IMG/VR virus record: IMGVR_UViG_2862281513_000001
Location: 54,919-118,918 of that record
DNA from: a virus
Taxonomy: Duplodnaviria > Caudoviricetes
Length of the DNA stretch: 64,000 nt
Reading direction: 5' to 3' (one strand)
This document shows positions 34,486 to 43,793 of the stretch, piece after piece (position 1 is the stretch's first letter; each line of letters starts with the position of its first letter). The notes beneath the pieces were generated by a model. It was not told where the DNA came from, ran no database searches, and saw only the letters and a list, made by a program, of their open reading frames with translations. The position numbers were made by a program, and so were the translations under genes.

Positions 34486-34511
34486 ACTTATTTGCGTTGA
34501 CGCAAATAAGT
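34486..34511. promoter_or_regulatory. Perfect palindromic operator between divergent genes
   Basis: ACTTATTTGCGT-TG-ACGCAAATAAGT, contains TTGACG. Confidence 0.75.
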
Positions 34512-34526
34512 TGGAAGGATGGCGCA

Positions 34527-34832
34527 ATGTCCGACTCCTCCGAGGAGAGAGCGAGCGAGGCGAAGGAGGCGAAGTTGGTGAGCATCCCCGAGATGCCAGA
34601 CCTGTTGGAGGCGGCCGGATTGAAGCGCGTCGGCCCCGCCCGCATCCGCCAGCTCGCCGCCGAACCGGGCTTCCCGGCTCCGGCGTACGAGCGCGGCCGG
34701 CTGCGCCTGTGGGACTGGGCCCAGGCCCTCGAGTTCTTCAGCTCGCGGGTCGTGCGGCAGGGAGAGCGGACGGACCTGAAGCGCGACCAGGAGGACGAGA
34801 CCGATGACCCAGCTGGAGGCGGTAGCGAGTGA
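34527..34832 (+). CDS. AlpA/excisionase-like HTH regulator
   Basis: RIRQLAAEPGFPAP..GRLRLWDW; C-terminal QGERTDL. Confidence 0.7.
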   Translation: MSDSSEERASEAKEAKLVSIPEMPDLLEAAGLKRVGPARIRQLAAEPGFPAPAYERGRLRLWDWAQALEFFSSRVVRQGERTDLKRDQEDETDDPAGGGSE

Positions 34833-35436
34833 GGAGCGCCCGGCGGCCGTTTATCGACTGTGGGCAGCTGATGAGGTGTTGCTCTACATCGGGTCGTCGT
34901 ACGACCCAGACCGGCGCTGCGTGCGGCATCAGTCCACACCGTGGTGGTCCCGCGTCGTGCGACGGACGGACGAGTGGCACAGCACACGCAGCGATGCGTT
35001 CGCGGCGGAATACCTCGCCATCTGGCGTGAGGACCCGGCATGCAACGTGTGGGGCACACGGGCCTATGCGGGTCAGGCGCCACGCAAGGGTCGACGGTCG
35101 TACTTGATGTGGACCGGGAAGCGGGACGTCTGGCCAACCGACTTGGACCAGCTCAAGGCGGCGATGCAGGCATACGACGAGGCCGCAGCTTCACCAGATG
35201 ACGTGATGCCTGAACTGAGAGAGCAGGGCGAGGCGATCGCCGCGCACCTCGGCGCTGCGGCCCGTGGCCTGGCCTGGGAAGGACGTCGGCGCCTGATCAC
35301 GAAGCGGCGCCGGCGCATCGCCAGGGACCTGCGAGCGACCGGCATCACCAACGACGACCTGGCGCGGGTGATGGCCGTGGCGAACGCTCGCATCCTCAGC
35401 CTGCCGCACCTGTTCGACGACGAGGTGCTGACCTAG
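34804..35436 (+). CDS. GIY-YIG family nuclease
   Basis: AVYRL..LLYIGSS..RCVRH..AE..AI..P..N. Confidence 0.8.
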   Translation: MTQLEAVASEERPAAVYRLWAADEVLLYIGSSYDPDRRCVRHQSTPWWSRVVRRTDEWHSTRSDAFAAEYLAIWREDPACNVWGTRAYAGQAPRKGRRSYLMWTGKRDVWPTDLDQLKAAMQAYDEAAASPDDVMPELREQGEAIAAHLGAAARGLAWEGRRRLITKRRRRIARDLRATGITNDDLARVMAVANARILSLPHLFDDEVLT

Positions 35437-35445
35437 CCGGACATA

Positions 35446-35491
35446 CACGAGCCCCCTCCCTGCGCTGCGGACGACTGGGAGGGGGCTCGTG
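35446..35491 (+). terminator. Hairpin after the GIY-YIG gene
   Basis: cacgagccccctccc..gggagggggctcgtg. Confidence 0.75.
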
Positions 35492-35627
35492 GTGTGGTGC
35501 CGGGTGGAGTCGGCGCACATTCCGAAGGTAGCGCTGATGGTAGCAGTACGTGTGCGATTGGTGGCGGTGTGTGTTTGTCGGCTACGTTCCGGGGCCGTGG
35601 TGCTGGATTCTCCGAAGGGATCGACCT

Positions 35628-35864
35628 ATGGCAACTCCTGAGCAGCCGCCTGCCCAGCCGTATGGGCAGATGCCGAACATCGTGATCAATAACGTGTCGT
35701 CGGCGTCGGCGTCGGCTTCGGCTGCCGCGTCGGCGGGGTACGGGGTGCGGCGTCGGCGGCAGAGCTTCTGGGTGCATTTCTGGTTGTTGTGGCTGACGTG
35801 CGGGATCGGCAACTACTTCTACGCGCGGCACGTCTCGAACTGGAATCGGGACCGCGGTCTGTGA
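35628..35864 (+). CDS. Small membrane protein
   Basis: HFWLLWLTCGIGNYFY hydrophobic segment; own terminator. Confidence 0.65.
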   Translation: MATPEQPPAQPYGQMPNIVINNVSSASASASAAASAGYGVRRRRQSFWVHFWLLWLTCGIGNYFYARHVSNWNRDRGL

Positions 35865-35877
35865 CGTGGTGATGCGG

Positions 35878-35910
35878 CGAGGCCCCCGCCGTGGTTGGGC
35901 GGGGGCCTCG
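35878..35910. terminator. Bidirectional hairpin
   Basis: cgaggcccccgcc..ggcgggggcctcg. Confidence 0.7.
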
Positions 35911-35926
35911 TGCGTGCCTGCTGGTG

Positions 35927-36169
35927 TTAGGCGGGTGCCGGCTCGGGGTGGCGGGCGGCGTTCTTCGCGGCCTGCTCCACCTCGTAGCGGGTCATGGTGA
36001 CGTCGTCGCGTTCGGCGTGCTTGGTGACGGCGGTCTGGAACTCGAACGCTGCCTCTCGCCACTTGGCGCGCTGGGCGTCGTAGGCGTTGCCGTCGAGGCC
36101 GGTGAGCTTTGCGCGCTCGGCTTCGGCGGAACGTTCCAGCTTGATCAGTTCGTCGGGGATGTCTGCCAC
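35927..36169 (-). CDS. Hypothetical protein
   Basis: 80-aa helical ORF. Confidence 0.65.
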   Translation of the reverse strand: MADIPDELIKLERSAEAERAKLTGLDGNAYDAQRAKWREAAFEFQTAVTKHAERDDVTMTRYEVEQAAKNAARHPEPAPA

Positions 36170-36211
36170 GACGGCGATCCTAAGCGGAGGTGACGGCGGG
36201 CAGGTCAGGGA

Positions 36212-36541
36212 CTAGGAGCGGTCGGGTTCCGGGTCGGTGTCGGGGTCCGGGTCGGCGTCGGGGTCCGGGAGGTTGATCGACAGCTCGGTGAGGAACTCGC
36301 GGGCGATCCGGTCTACTTCCTGCGGATTGCTTGCGCCGCGGGCGTTCGCCACCTCCGCGACGAGGAAGTGGCTCAGGTTGAGCAGGCCGGCGATGGCGAA
36401 GTTGCGGTCAGGGCCGCCTGGTCCGTCGAGGACTTGGGTGATGTGCGCTGCTGCGGCCGGCCGGTCGTGGTCCATCCAGAGGCCGAGGAACTCGATGGCG
36501 AGCCGGGTGGAATCCTGCGGCCCTTCGTACGAGTAGGTCAT
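36212..36541 (-). CDS. Hypothetical protein
   Basis: ORF with DP-repeat tail. Confidence 0.6.
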   Translation of the reverse strand: MTYSYEGPQDSTRLAIEFLGLWMDHDRPAAAAHITQVLDGPGGPDRNFAIAGLLNLSHFLVAEVANARGASNPQEVDRIAREFLTELSINLPDPDADPDPDTDPEPDRS

Positions 36542-36632
36542 GTCGCCAAGGTAGGCGTGTCGTGGCGACGTGGCATCCGCTGGTCCTCCGACTGCGGGTG
36601 CGGGGTGCCGTGGGTCTATAGCCAATATATAT

Positions 36633-36648
36633 TCGAACGCGTGAGCGA
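36633..36648. promoter_or_regulatory. Putative LexA (SOS) box
   Basis: TCGAAC-GCGT-GAGCGA fits actinobacterial TCGAAC-N4-GNNCGA and overlaps the GTG start. Confidence 0.55.
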
Positions 36649-36982
36649 GCCTTCGCGTCTGGAGTTGCTGTACTTCACCCGGCGGGTGGTGGTGCAGCAG
36701 GCGACGGCTGCTCTGCGGCAGATCGACGGGTGGATCGCGGCGGAGGAGCGGCGGGAGGCGGAGCGGCGGCGTGCGGAGGAGCGGCGGCCGCCTCCTCCGG
36801 AGTGGTGGATCGAGCGGGGGCTGAACAAGAACAACCTGGTCGCGGTGCATTGCGGGGACTGCTGGGATCCGGGCAAGCGGCGGGTGGCGGCGACGCGGGA
36901 GCAGGCATTGGAGGCGTTGCGGCAGCTGGTTCCGGCGTGTTCGAGGTGTCGGCCGGATTCGGCGCTGGGGTTTCTGGAGTAG
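36641..36982 (+). CDS. DUF6233-like protein
   Basis: WWIERG..VHCGDCW..ACSRCRPDSALG. Confidence 0.75.
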   Translation: MSEPSRLELLYFTRRVVVQQATAALRQIDGWIAAEERREAERRRAEERRPPPPEWWIERGLNKNNLVAVHCGDCWDPGKRRVAATREQALEALRQLVPACSRCRPDSALGFLE

Positions 36983-37019
36983 CGGCCGGGGCCCCGCTGG
37001 TGGGCGGGGCCGGGCCGGG

Positions 37020-37292
37020 TCAGGTGTGGGCGGTGGTGCGGTCGCGGGCGAGCTGGTCGCGTTCGTCGACGGTGAGGCCGCCCCAGATGCCGTCGCGGAA
37101 GTCGTTGGCGATGGCGTAGTCGGTGCAGGCTGCGCGGACGGGGCAGCGGGCGCACAGGGCTTTGGCGGCGGTCGTCTTGTCCTTTTGCGGGGTGGTGCGG
37201 CTGGAGTCGACGAACAGGTCGGGCCGGTCCTTGCAGGGGGTGGCGGGCTGGGTGCTGGGGACGGCGTCGAGGAAGTGGGGCAGCGCCGTCAT
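37020..37292 (-). CDS. whiB: WhiB family transcriptional regulator
   Basis: C..PDLF..AKALCARCPVRAAC..GIWGGLT. Confidence 0.9.
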   Translation of the reverse strand: MTALPHFLDAVPSTQPATPCKDRPDLFVDSSRTTPQKDKTTAAKALCARCPVRAACTDYAIANDFRDGIWGGLTVDERDQLARDRTTAHT

Positions 37293-37750
37293 GGTGTGCG
37301 CCCCACGGCGGCGACGAGGGCGGCGACGGCGATCCAGCCCTTGTGCCACGCCTGGTCCATGAGGGGTCCGGCTGCGGGGTCGCGGGTGAGCCAGCCGGTG
37401 TGTCCGGTGGCGTGGGCGAGGCGGACGACGGGTGGTGCGGCGGGGCTGGGGTCGGTCCAGCGGCCCATGCCGCGGTCGGCTGCGTAGTGGGTGAGTGCGC
37501 TGATGGTGAGGCCTGCGGCGATGCGGCCGGGGGTGAGGCGCAGGCCGAGGCAGTGGTTGGCGGTGATGAGGGCGAGGGCCTGGACGGTGGTGTATCCGGC
37601 GACGTGCCGCAGGCAGGCTTGGGCGCCTTCTGGCCCGGGGTGTCCTTTGGTGATGGCGTCTTTGTCCTGCTGGGCCCAGTAGTCGCCGATTTCGTGGGCT
37701 GCGGTGAGTGCGGCGTAGGTGCTGGCGAAGCGGGCGGCCCTCAGCGGCAT
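37289..37750 (-). CDS. DUF3307-like membrane protein
   Basis: AHEIGDYWAQ..THYAADR..DQAWH. Confidence 0.7.
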   Translation of the reverse strand: MPLRAARFASTYAALTAAHEIGDYWAQQDKDAITKGHPGPEGAQACLRHVAGYTTVQALALITANHCLGLRLTPGRIAAGLTISALTHYAADRGMGRWTDPSPAAPPVVRLAHATGHTGWLTRDPAAGPLMDQAWHKGWIAVAALVAAVGRTP

Positions 37751-39729
37751 GCGTGCTCCTTGAGTGAGGTCAGCTTGAGCTGGCCTGGGTCGCCTGCGTA
37801 CAGGTTGAGGGTGGCGAGGATGCGGTGGCGGTTGTCGCCGCCGCGTAGGGGGAAGCCGGCTGCCTGCTGTTGGGCGATGTACTTGGCGGCGGTGATGGCG
37901 TTGGTGCGGAGGGTCTCGTAGGCGGTGGCGGCGGTGATGAGGTCGCGGCGGGTGGCGTCGCACTGGTCGCGGCGGCATTCGTAGCCGGGGTTGGGTGGGT
38001 CGCCGAGGAGGTCGCCGGCGGCGTGGCGGTCGGGGCATTCGAGGCGGGCGCAGGTGATGTGTCCGCCGTCGCCGAGGTGGAGGGTCTCGCTGCCGCAGGT
38101 GGGGCAGCGGCCTTGGACGCGGGGCTTGGCGTCGGGGGTGGGGAGGCTGCGGACGTGGGCGAGGGTGTTGCGCCAGCGTTCGACGGTGCGGGCCTCGACG
38201 TAGCCGGTGCGCAGGCTGGGGGTGCCGTTCATCTGGGCGGGGACGGTGAATTCGGCGAGGGCTTCGGTGAGGGCTGCGGCGAGTTCGCGGATGCGGTCGC
38301 GGTGGACGCTGGCCCATTCGACGAGGCGGGGGGCGAGGTCGTCGCCGATCTCCTCGTCGGTGAAGTAGCCGTCGTCGACGAGGACCTGGCGGGCGAGGGC
38401 GAGGCGGGTCCGGAGGTTTTCGGCGCGGTCCCAGCACTGGCCCCAGGCCGCCGCGGCGGCGCTGACGTCGTCGCGGCCTTGCATGAGCTTTTCGTGGTCG
38501 GCGGGGTCCATGTGGAAGTGGCCGCCGTCGGGGTCGACGTAGACGAGGGGGCTGTCCTGGCCGCAGGTGCAGCGGCTGTCGCCGAGGAGGTCCGGGGGGA
38601 GGTCCATCAGCTCGGCGACGGCGGCGCGCAGTCCGGCCCGCGGCATGAACCCGTCCGCGTCGGCGTCCGGACGTCCGGACGTGGCGTCCGGATGCGTCGT
38701 CCGGACGGTGTCCGTGCTGGTGGACGTGCTGCCGAGGACGGGCGGGCGGGAGCGTCCGGACGGCTGGGGGCCGGTGTCCGGGCGGGCGTCCGGACGTCCG
38801 GACGTGCCGTCCGGATGCGGTGTCCGGGCGGTGTCGTGGGCGGCGCGGGCGTCGGCTACGGCCTTCAGGCCCTCGGCGAGGGCGAGGGGGGCGAGGTGGC
38901 GGGGTACGCGGGCCTGGTATTCGACGCGGACGCCCTGCGCAGGGGGCTCGTCGGGGTCGGGGTGGGGGCGGGCGGTGTCCGGCCCGTGCGGGGTGGAGCC
39001 GCGGTCGCCGTCGCGCCAGCGCAGCAGCGACCCGTCCTCGGTCTGGCCCTCGTGCGTGTCGTAGTCGGAGGTGTAGTGGCCGGCTGCGAGCGCGCAGTGG
39101 GCGCGGCCGTGGAAGGCGTCGTGCCCGGTGGCGGTGCAGCGGGCTTGGCGGGAGCGGGCGCAGATGTCCTGGCCGCAGTCGCAGTTCGCGCATCCGGCGC
39201 AGAACGGCTGGTCCTTGAAGTTCTCGTAGACGACTGGCCCGCCGCCGCACACGATGCAGCGGGTGGCGTCGGGTTCGCGGTCGAGGGCCTTCGTGATGGT
39301 GGCCTCGGCCCGCTGGTAGCCGTCGTTGTCGGTGGCCGGGTCGAACTGCCAGGGCTCACCCTCGGCGTTGGACACCAAGCTCCAGCCGTACGCCTGGCCG
39401 TGCTCGTCGAGGTGGAGGGCGAGGGCCAGGCCGCGGGGGTGGAGCGCGGTCCGGTTGATCAGCCACAGCAGGCCGGAGTCCCGTAGTTCCGCGAAGGAGC
39501 GGGCCCGGCTGTCGACGTCGGGGTGCGGGCCGTCCCCCGCGGGGGCGGCACCGGCGACGTCGAAGGCTTGGGGCAGGACTTCGGTGCCGCCTTCGGGCAT
39601 CTGCAGGACGATCGACGGGCAGTCCATGAGGCTGGCGAGCTGCCCGTGCCAGACACGTTCCGGCGCGCTGGGGTGGGTGACGGTGACCCACTGGCCGAGG
39701 AGGCCGAGGAGCGTGGAGTGGTCGGTCAC
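37741..39729 (-). CDS. Large mosaic phage protein
   Basis: GLLWLINRTALHPRGLAL, several Cys clusters, internal GTCCGGAC repeats. Confidence 0.65.
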   Translation of the reverse strand: MTDHSTLLGLLGQWVTVTHPSAPERVWHGQLASLMDCPSIVLQMPEGGTEVLPQAFDVAGAAPAGDGPHPDVDSRARSFAELRDSGLLWLINRTALHPRGLALALHLDEHGQAYGWSLVSNAEGEPWQFDPATDNDGYQRAEATITKALDREPDATRCIVCGGGPVVYENFKDQPFCAGCANCDCGQDICARSRQARCTATGHDAFHGRAHCALAAGHYTSDYDTHEGQTEDGSLLRWRDGDRGSTPHGPDTARPHPDPDEPPAQGVRVEYQARVPRHLAPLALAEGLKAVADARAAHDTARTPHPDGTSGRPDARPDTGPQPSGRSRPPVLGSTSTSTDTVRTTHPDATSGRPDADADGFMPRAGLRAAVAELMDLPPDLLGDSRCTCGQDSPLVYVDPDGGHFHMDPADHEKLMQGRDDVSAAAAAWGQCWDRAENLRTRLALARQVLVDDGYFTDEEIGDDLAPRLVEWASVHRDRIRELAAALTEALAEFTVPAQMNGTPSLRTGYVEARTVERWRNTLAHVRSLPTPDAKPRVQGRCPTCGSETLHLGDGGHITCARLECPDRHAAGDLLGDPPNPGYECRRDQCDATRRDLITAATAYETLRTNAITAAKYIAQQQAAGFPLRGGDNRHRILATLNLYAGDPGQLKLTSLKEHACR

Positions 39730-39977
39730 TTCAGCCACCAGGCGGGCGCGTCCTTGGTGATGAGGGTGAGAAGCCAGCCGGGCCGGTGCGGGGTCGGCAT
39801 GGCCCATCCGTCCTCGCCGGCCGGGACGGTGACGAGGACGCTCGCGGCGCGGCTGGTGAGCTTCTGCCAGGTGACGGTGACGGTCTCCGCCTCGACGTTC
39901 AGCTCGGCGGCCTGCTCGGGCGTGACCCGGTACCGCTTGATCGAGGTCTCCAGGGCTTCCAGCAGTTCACAGGTCAT
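39726..39977 (-). CDS. Hypothetical protein
   Basis: Coupled ORF. Confidence 0.55.
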   Translation of the reverse strand: MTCELLEALETSIKRYRVTPEQAAELNVEAETVTVTWQKLTSRAASVLVTVPAGEDGWAMPTPHRPGWLLTLITKDAPAWWLK

Positions 39978-40507
39978 CGGCTCGACTCCTTGCTGTCCGT
40001 CAGGCGGGCTTGTTCGCACGCCTCTTCGTCTTCGCGGGTGGCGTGGGTTTCTTCGCAGGTCGGGGTCTGCGGGGTGGCGGTGGTCTGGGGGCGGCCGTCG
40101 TTGTACTGCCACAGCGGGTGGTCGGGGCGGGCGGTGATGCGCAGGCAGGCGTGCAGGCGCAGGGCCATGGAGTGGAGGACGGCGGCGTCGAGCTCCACCG
40201 GGTACGGGGTGGAGTTGTCGAGCGCGTACACGAGGGCGTCGATGGTCATGCCGGGCCGGGCGACGGCGAGGGCCTCGTCCCACTTGTAGGTGCAGCGGGC
40301 GCACTCGCGTTCCAGCCGCTGGGGGCGGGCGCCTCGGCGGGTGGTGCCGTTGAAGTCGGTCTGGACGGTGTTCGGGGGCAGGGCGGCCCGGAACCAGGTG
40401 AACGCCTCGTTGTTCTGGCACATGGGGCAGACGGCTTCTTCGGCCGAGTAGGGCGGCAGCATGCCGTCGTCCGTGTCGTCGGGTTGGGTGCAGATGTCGG
40501 TGCTCAT
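39974..40507 (-). CDS. Zn-ribbon hypothetical protein
   Basis: CPMC..RECARCTYKWDE. Confidence 0.65.
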   Translation of the reverse strand: MSTDICTQPDDTDDGMLPPYSAEEAVCPMCQNNEAFTWFRAALPPNTVQTDFNGTTRRGARPQRLERECARCTYKWDEALAVARPGMTIDALVYALDNSTPYPVELDAAVLHSMALRLHACLRITARPDHPLWQYNDGRPQTTATPQTPTCEETHATREDEEACEQARLTDSKESSR

Positions 40508-41139
40508 GCGCTCGCGCTCTCCAGGACCTGGGCGACGGCCGCGCGCAGCCTGGGCAACGGGACGCCCCGCTCGCCTCCTACGAACAGCCGGTGCAGGAAG
40601 TCGAATTCGTCGAGGTTGTTCGGTTCGGTGATGAGCGGTTCGCCGGGGGCCGGTTCGCGGTGGGTGGCGCGGCCGGCGGCCACGGTCCACTCGGCGGCGA
40701 GTTCGCCGCTGCCTTCGTCGGTGACGAGCTGGGCGCGCAGGTCGAGGTACGGGAAGGCTGCGGCGATCTGCTGCCATTCCTCGGTGACGGACTCGACGTC
40801 CGGCCACTTGCCGATGTTGTAGTTCGTGGAGCCGATCGTGCCGTCCCAGTTGCACCAGCCGTGGGGGCCGCCGATCCACGACGAGGCGATGCGGGAGGTG
40901 TAGAGCCACTCCAGGTCGAGGCAGCGGAGTCGTTCGACGGCGGCCTTGGTCGAGTCGGGCGTCCAGAAGCCGTGAGGGCCGTTCTCCATGCCGAGGACTT
41001 CGCCGACGATCGCTGTCCACTCGCGGTCGTTGGTGTGCATGAGCCACAGGTTCGCGGTGCGGATCAGGATGTCGTTGGCTTGCTCTTCGGTGACGGGCTG
41101 GCCGGTGACGAGGAGGCGGGGCCACTTGGTGAGTTCCAC
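40504..41139 (-). CDS. Hypothetical protein
   Basis: SSWIGGPHGWCNWDG..GKWP..AFPYLDL. Confidence 0.75.
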   Translation of the reverse strand: MELTKWPRLLVTGQPVTEEQANDILIRTANLWLMHTNDREWTAIVGEVLGMENGPHGFWTPDSTKAAVERLRCLDLEWLYTSRIASSWIGGPHGWCNWDGTIGSTNYNIGKWPDVESVTEEWQQIAAAFPYLDLRAQLVTDEGSGELAAEWTVAAGRATHREPAPGEPLITEPNNLDEFDFLHRLFVGGERGVPLPRLRAAVAQVLESASA

Positions 41140-41184
41140 GATGCGGGTCTTTCGGTCGTGCGCCGGGATGGCGGGTGGGAGGGG

Positions 41185-41433
41185 TCAGGCGTGGCGGCGG
41201 GCGGGCGGCCCGTAGGGGCTCATCCAGGCGGGCCGCTGCCGGGCGTTGGCTGCGCCGGCCGGGGCGGCGGTGTTCATGCGGCGGAAGGCGTCGGCGACGG
41301 CGAGGGCTGTGCGGGCGAGCCGGCGGGCCATCGCGCGGAAGGTGTCGAGGAGCCGGGAGAACCAGGCGCGGGCGCGTTCCAGGTGCTCGGTGACGGCGAC
41401 GGCCTGCTCGGGGCTGAGGCGGAACAGCTTCAC
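41185..41433 (-). CDS. Hypothetical protein
   Basis: Ends RPAWMSPYGPP. Confidence 0.55.
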   Translation of the reverse strand: MKLFRLSPEQAVAVTEHLERARAWFSRLLDTFRAMARRLARTALAVADAFRRMNTAAPAGAANARQRPAWMSPYGPPARRHA

Positions 41434-41682
41434 GGGGGGGGCCTTCCAAGGGGGTGGGGGCGGCTGGGTGGGGCCGCCGGGGTCAGCGGGGGTCGGTCCA
41501 GCCGAAGGGGGATTCGCCGCGGTCGGTGTCGACGGGCAGCTCGGCGGTCTGGCGGAGGGTGCAGGTGACCCGGGCCGGGTCACGGGTGAACAGGTCGGTG
41601 TCCGGCAGGTCGGCGGGCAGCGTCAGGCAGCAGCTGGTGTACGAGCCGCCGGTGGGCGGCATCTGGTGCATGACGCCGGGGG

Positions 41683-42045
41683 TCACGTGAAGCTCCAGCG
41701 GCGCTGCGGGCACCAGTCGTCGTGCTCGGCGCCGGCGGTCGTCCAGTAGAGGTTGCAGCCGCAGCCGGTGGCGCGGACTTCTCGGCGTGCCGCCCGTGCG
41801 GCGCGCAGCTTCCCGACCGGCTTGGCCTGCCTCCCGCGGCCGGGGGTGTCGAGGTCGTCGGTGTAGTCGCCGGGCTGGGTGCGGCTGAGTTCGCGGAGCA
41901 TCCCGGCCAGGAGCAGGGCGGCGAGGGCGTACTCGGCGGCGGCGTCCAGCCAGCGGGCTTCGTTGACGCACTGGCCGCCTCTGGCGATGGCGAAGACCAT
42001 CCCGAGGCCGGAGAGGACGGCGAGGGCCTTGCTGGTGCGGGTCAT
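41683..42045 (-). CDS. Small membrane protein with Cys motif
   Basis: Two TM; CGCNLYWT..HDDWCP. Confidence 0.6.
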   Translation of the reverse strand: MTRTSKALAVLSGLGMVFAIARGGQCVNEARWLDAAAEYALAALLLAGMLRELSRTQPGDYTDDLDTPGRGRQAKPVGKLRAARAARREVRATGCGCNLYWTTAGAEHDDWCPQRRWSFT

Positions 42046-42142
42046 CGGGTCCGCCTCCGCCAGGTGCGGGCCGCGCGGCGGCAGCCGTAGCCGGTGAGGG
42101 GGCAGGCGATGGGGGCGGCGAGGGCGAGGGCGGTGAGGGTGG

Positions 42143-42439
42143 TCATGCGGTGCCTCCTGCCGGGGTCTTGCGGTACACCAGCTCGCTGCGGGTGGGCGGC
42201 TGCTCGTGGGCGGGCCGGCCGCCCTGCTGCGGGCAGGTGCAGCCGTCGACCGGGGACCAGGACGGGCAGGCAGAGACGGTGCTCGCGCGGCAGCAGCACG
42301 GCGCGTTGCAGGTGACCGCGTCGCAGCCGCACGGGCCGGGGTCGTGCCAGCCGGTCACCCAGTGGCCGCACTGCTCGCACTTCAAGTACGGGTTGGCGAG
42401 GGGGATGTAGACGTGGGTTCGGGTGAGGGTGTGGCTCAT
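42143..42439 (-). CDS. Cys-rich hypothetical protein
   Basis: NPYLKCEQC..CPSWSPVDGCTC. Confidence 0.6.
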   Translation of the reverse strand: MSHTLTRTHVYIPLANPYLKCEQCGHWVTGWHDPGPCGCDAVTCNAPCCCRASTVSACPSWSPVDGCTCPQQGGRPAHEQPPTRSELVYRKTPAGGTA

Positions 42440-42834
42440 GGCGCGGTCTTTCGTGCGGGGCGACGTAGTGTGCACGTTTCGCCTTCGGGCGCGGCCTGTC
42501 GTGCGGCCATTTCGGTGTACGAGGCGAACAGCGGCGGCCAGTCCTCCCCCGGCGCCAGGGCCTCGCGGGGCAGCCGGTGCTGGGCGACGGCGACGCGGAC
42601 GCCGATGTGGGCGTGGCCGACGGAGGCGAGCCAGCCGGCGCACGCCTTCTCCCGGCCCTCGGGGCTCTTGTGGCAGGCGAACAGCGGCGCGTCGAAGGAC
42701 GGCTGATCGTCCTCGCCCTGGGGGCTGGTGCGGCGCAGCGCGTCGAAGCGTTCCTGCGGGAACTCGCCGGGCTCGACGTCCATGCGCCACGGGCAGCGGC
42801 CGCAGGGCCGTTTCTTCCGGGGCAGCTCGTTCAC
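42436..42834 (-). CDS. DUF6283-like protein
   Basis: PCGRCPWR..FACHKS..CAGWL. Confidence 0.7.
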   Translation of the reverse strand: MNELPRKKRPCGRCPWRMDVEPGEFPQERFDALRRTSPQGEDDQPSFDAPLFACHKSPEGREKACAGWLASVGHAHIGVRVAVAQHRLPREALAPGEDWPPLFASYTEMAARQAAPEGETCTLRRPARKTAP

Positions 42835-43133
42835 GCGGCACCTGCCATGGGGGCGGTGCGGCGTACGCCGTGGAACTTGCGTGCCCAGCGGCGCAGCCTG
42901 CGGCGCGGGCCGTCGCCGCCGCCGCGGTTCCACCACACCCACGCGAAGAGCGCGGCGAACCCGGCGTCCCATGCCGCCCCGGCCGGGCTGCCGTTCGCGG
43001 CGTGCCCGGCAGCACCAACCAGGTATGCCAGAGACAGCACGCCGAAGCCGGTGGTGACGCGGCCGGTGACGATGCAGGTGACGGCGGAGGCGACGAGTGC
43101 CCAGGAGGCGACGCCGAGGGCGAGGGCGATCAC
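42831..43133 (-). CDS. Small membrane protein
   Basis: Three TM; WWNRGGGDGPRRRLR. Confidence 0.6.
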   Translation of the reverse strand: MIALALGVASWALVASAVTCIVTGRVTTGFGVLSLAYLVGAAGHAANGSPAGAAWDAGFAALFAWVWWNRGGGDGPRRRLRRWARKFHGVRRTAPMAGAA

Positions 43134-43747
43134 CGGTTCACCGCCGATCCGCCCGGCCGGAGGATGGCGTCGGCGAGGTCGACGGCGGCCTGAGCGAGCG
43201 AGTCCTCGACGAGGCCGTGCTCCTGGTGCACCGTCTCGAACGCCTCGTGCAGGACACCGGCGAGGGCGCGGCCGACCTCGGGGCCGACCGCGGCGATGTA
43301 GGCGGCATCGGCCATGGACTGCTGATGGTCGGCGGGGCCGGTTGCGGCGACACACACCGGGCGGTCGACCGTGCCAGCCGCCACGAACTCCTCGCCGAAG
43401 TGCGGGCCGGGGCCGTTCCACATCTTGTCGGGGTCGTACCACCAGTCGCCGGAGGTGGCGCCGTTGACGAGTGGCATCAGCAGGCTGTGAGCGGTCTGCA
43501 GGCGCAGGTCCGCACGGACCCGGGCGTCGTCGGCGGGCTCGTGCCCGTTGACGGCGACGACGAGCCGCGGCTTGATCTTGCTGCCACTGCACGCGGCGCA
43601 GTAGTCACGGCCGTTGACGTGCCGCCAGCCGTTGACGGCGCCGATCTGGCGGGCCTCCTCGACGGTGAGGCCGTCGGTGAGGAGGGAGGCCGCGCAGGTC
43701 GAGAACCCGCGGGTCGTATTGCAGTGGAGGGTGACGCTGGTGCTCAA
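43130..43747 (-). CDS. Hypothetical phage protein
   Basis: TTG start; ADAAYIAAVGP motif. Confidence 0.6.
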   Translation of the reverse strand: MSTSVTLHCNTTRGFSTCAASLLTDGLTVEEARQIGAVNGWRHVNGRDYCAACSGSKIKPRLVVAVNGHEPADDARVRADLRLQTAHSLLMPLVNGATSGDWWYDPDKMWNGPGPHFGEEFVAAGTVDRPVCVAATGPADHQQSMADAAYIAAVGPEVGRALAGVLHEAFETVHQEHGLVEDSLAQAAVDLADAILRPGGSAVNR

Positions 43748-43793
43748 CGGTGGTCGCCTTCCTCGGGCTGGCACAACTCGTGCGTGCGGGCGG

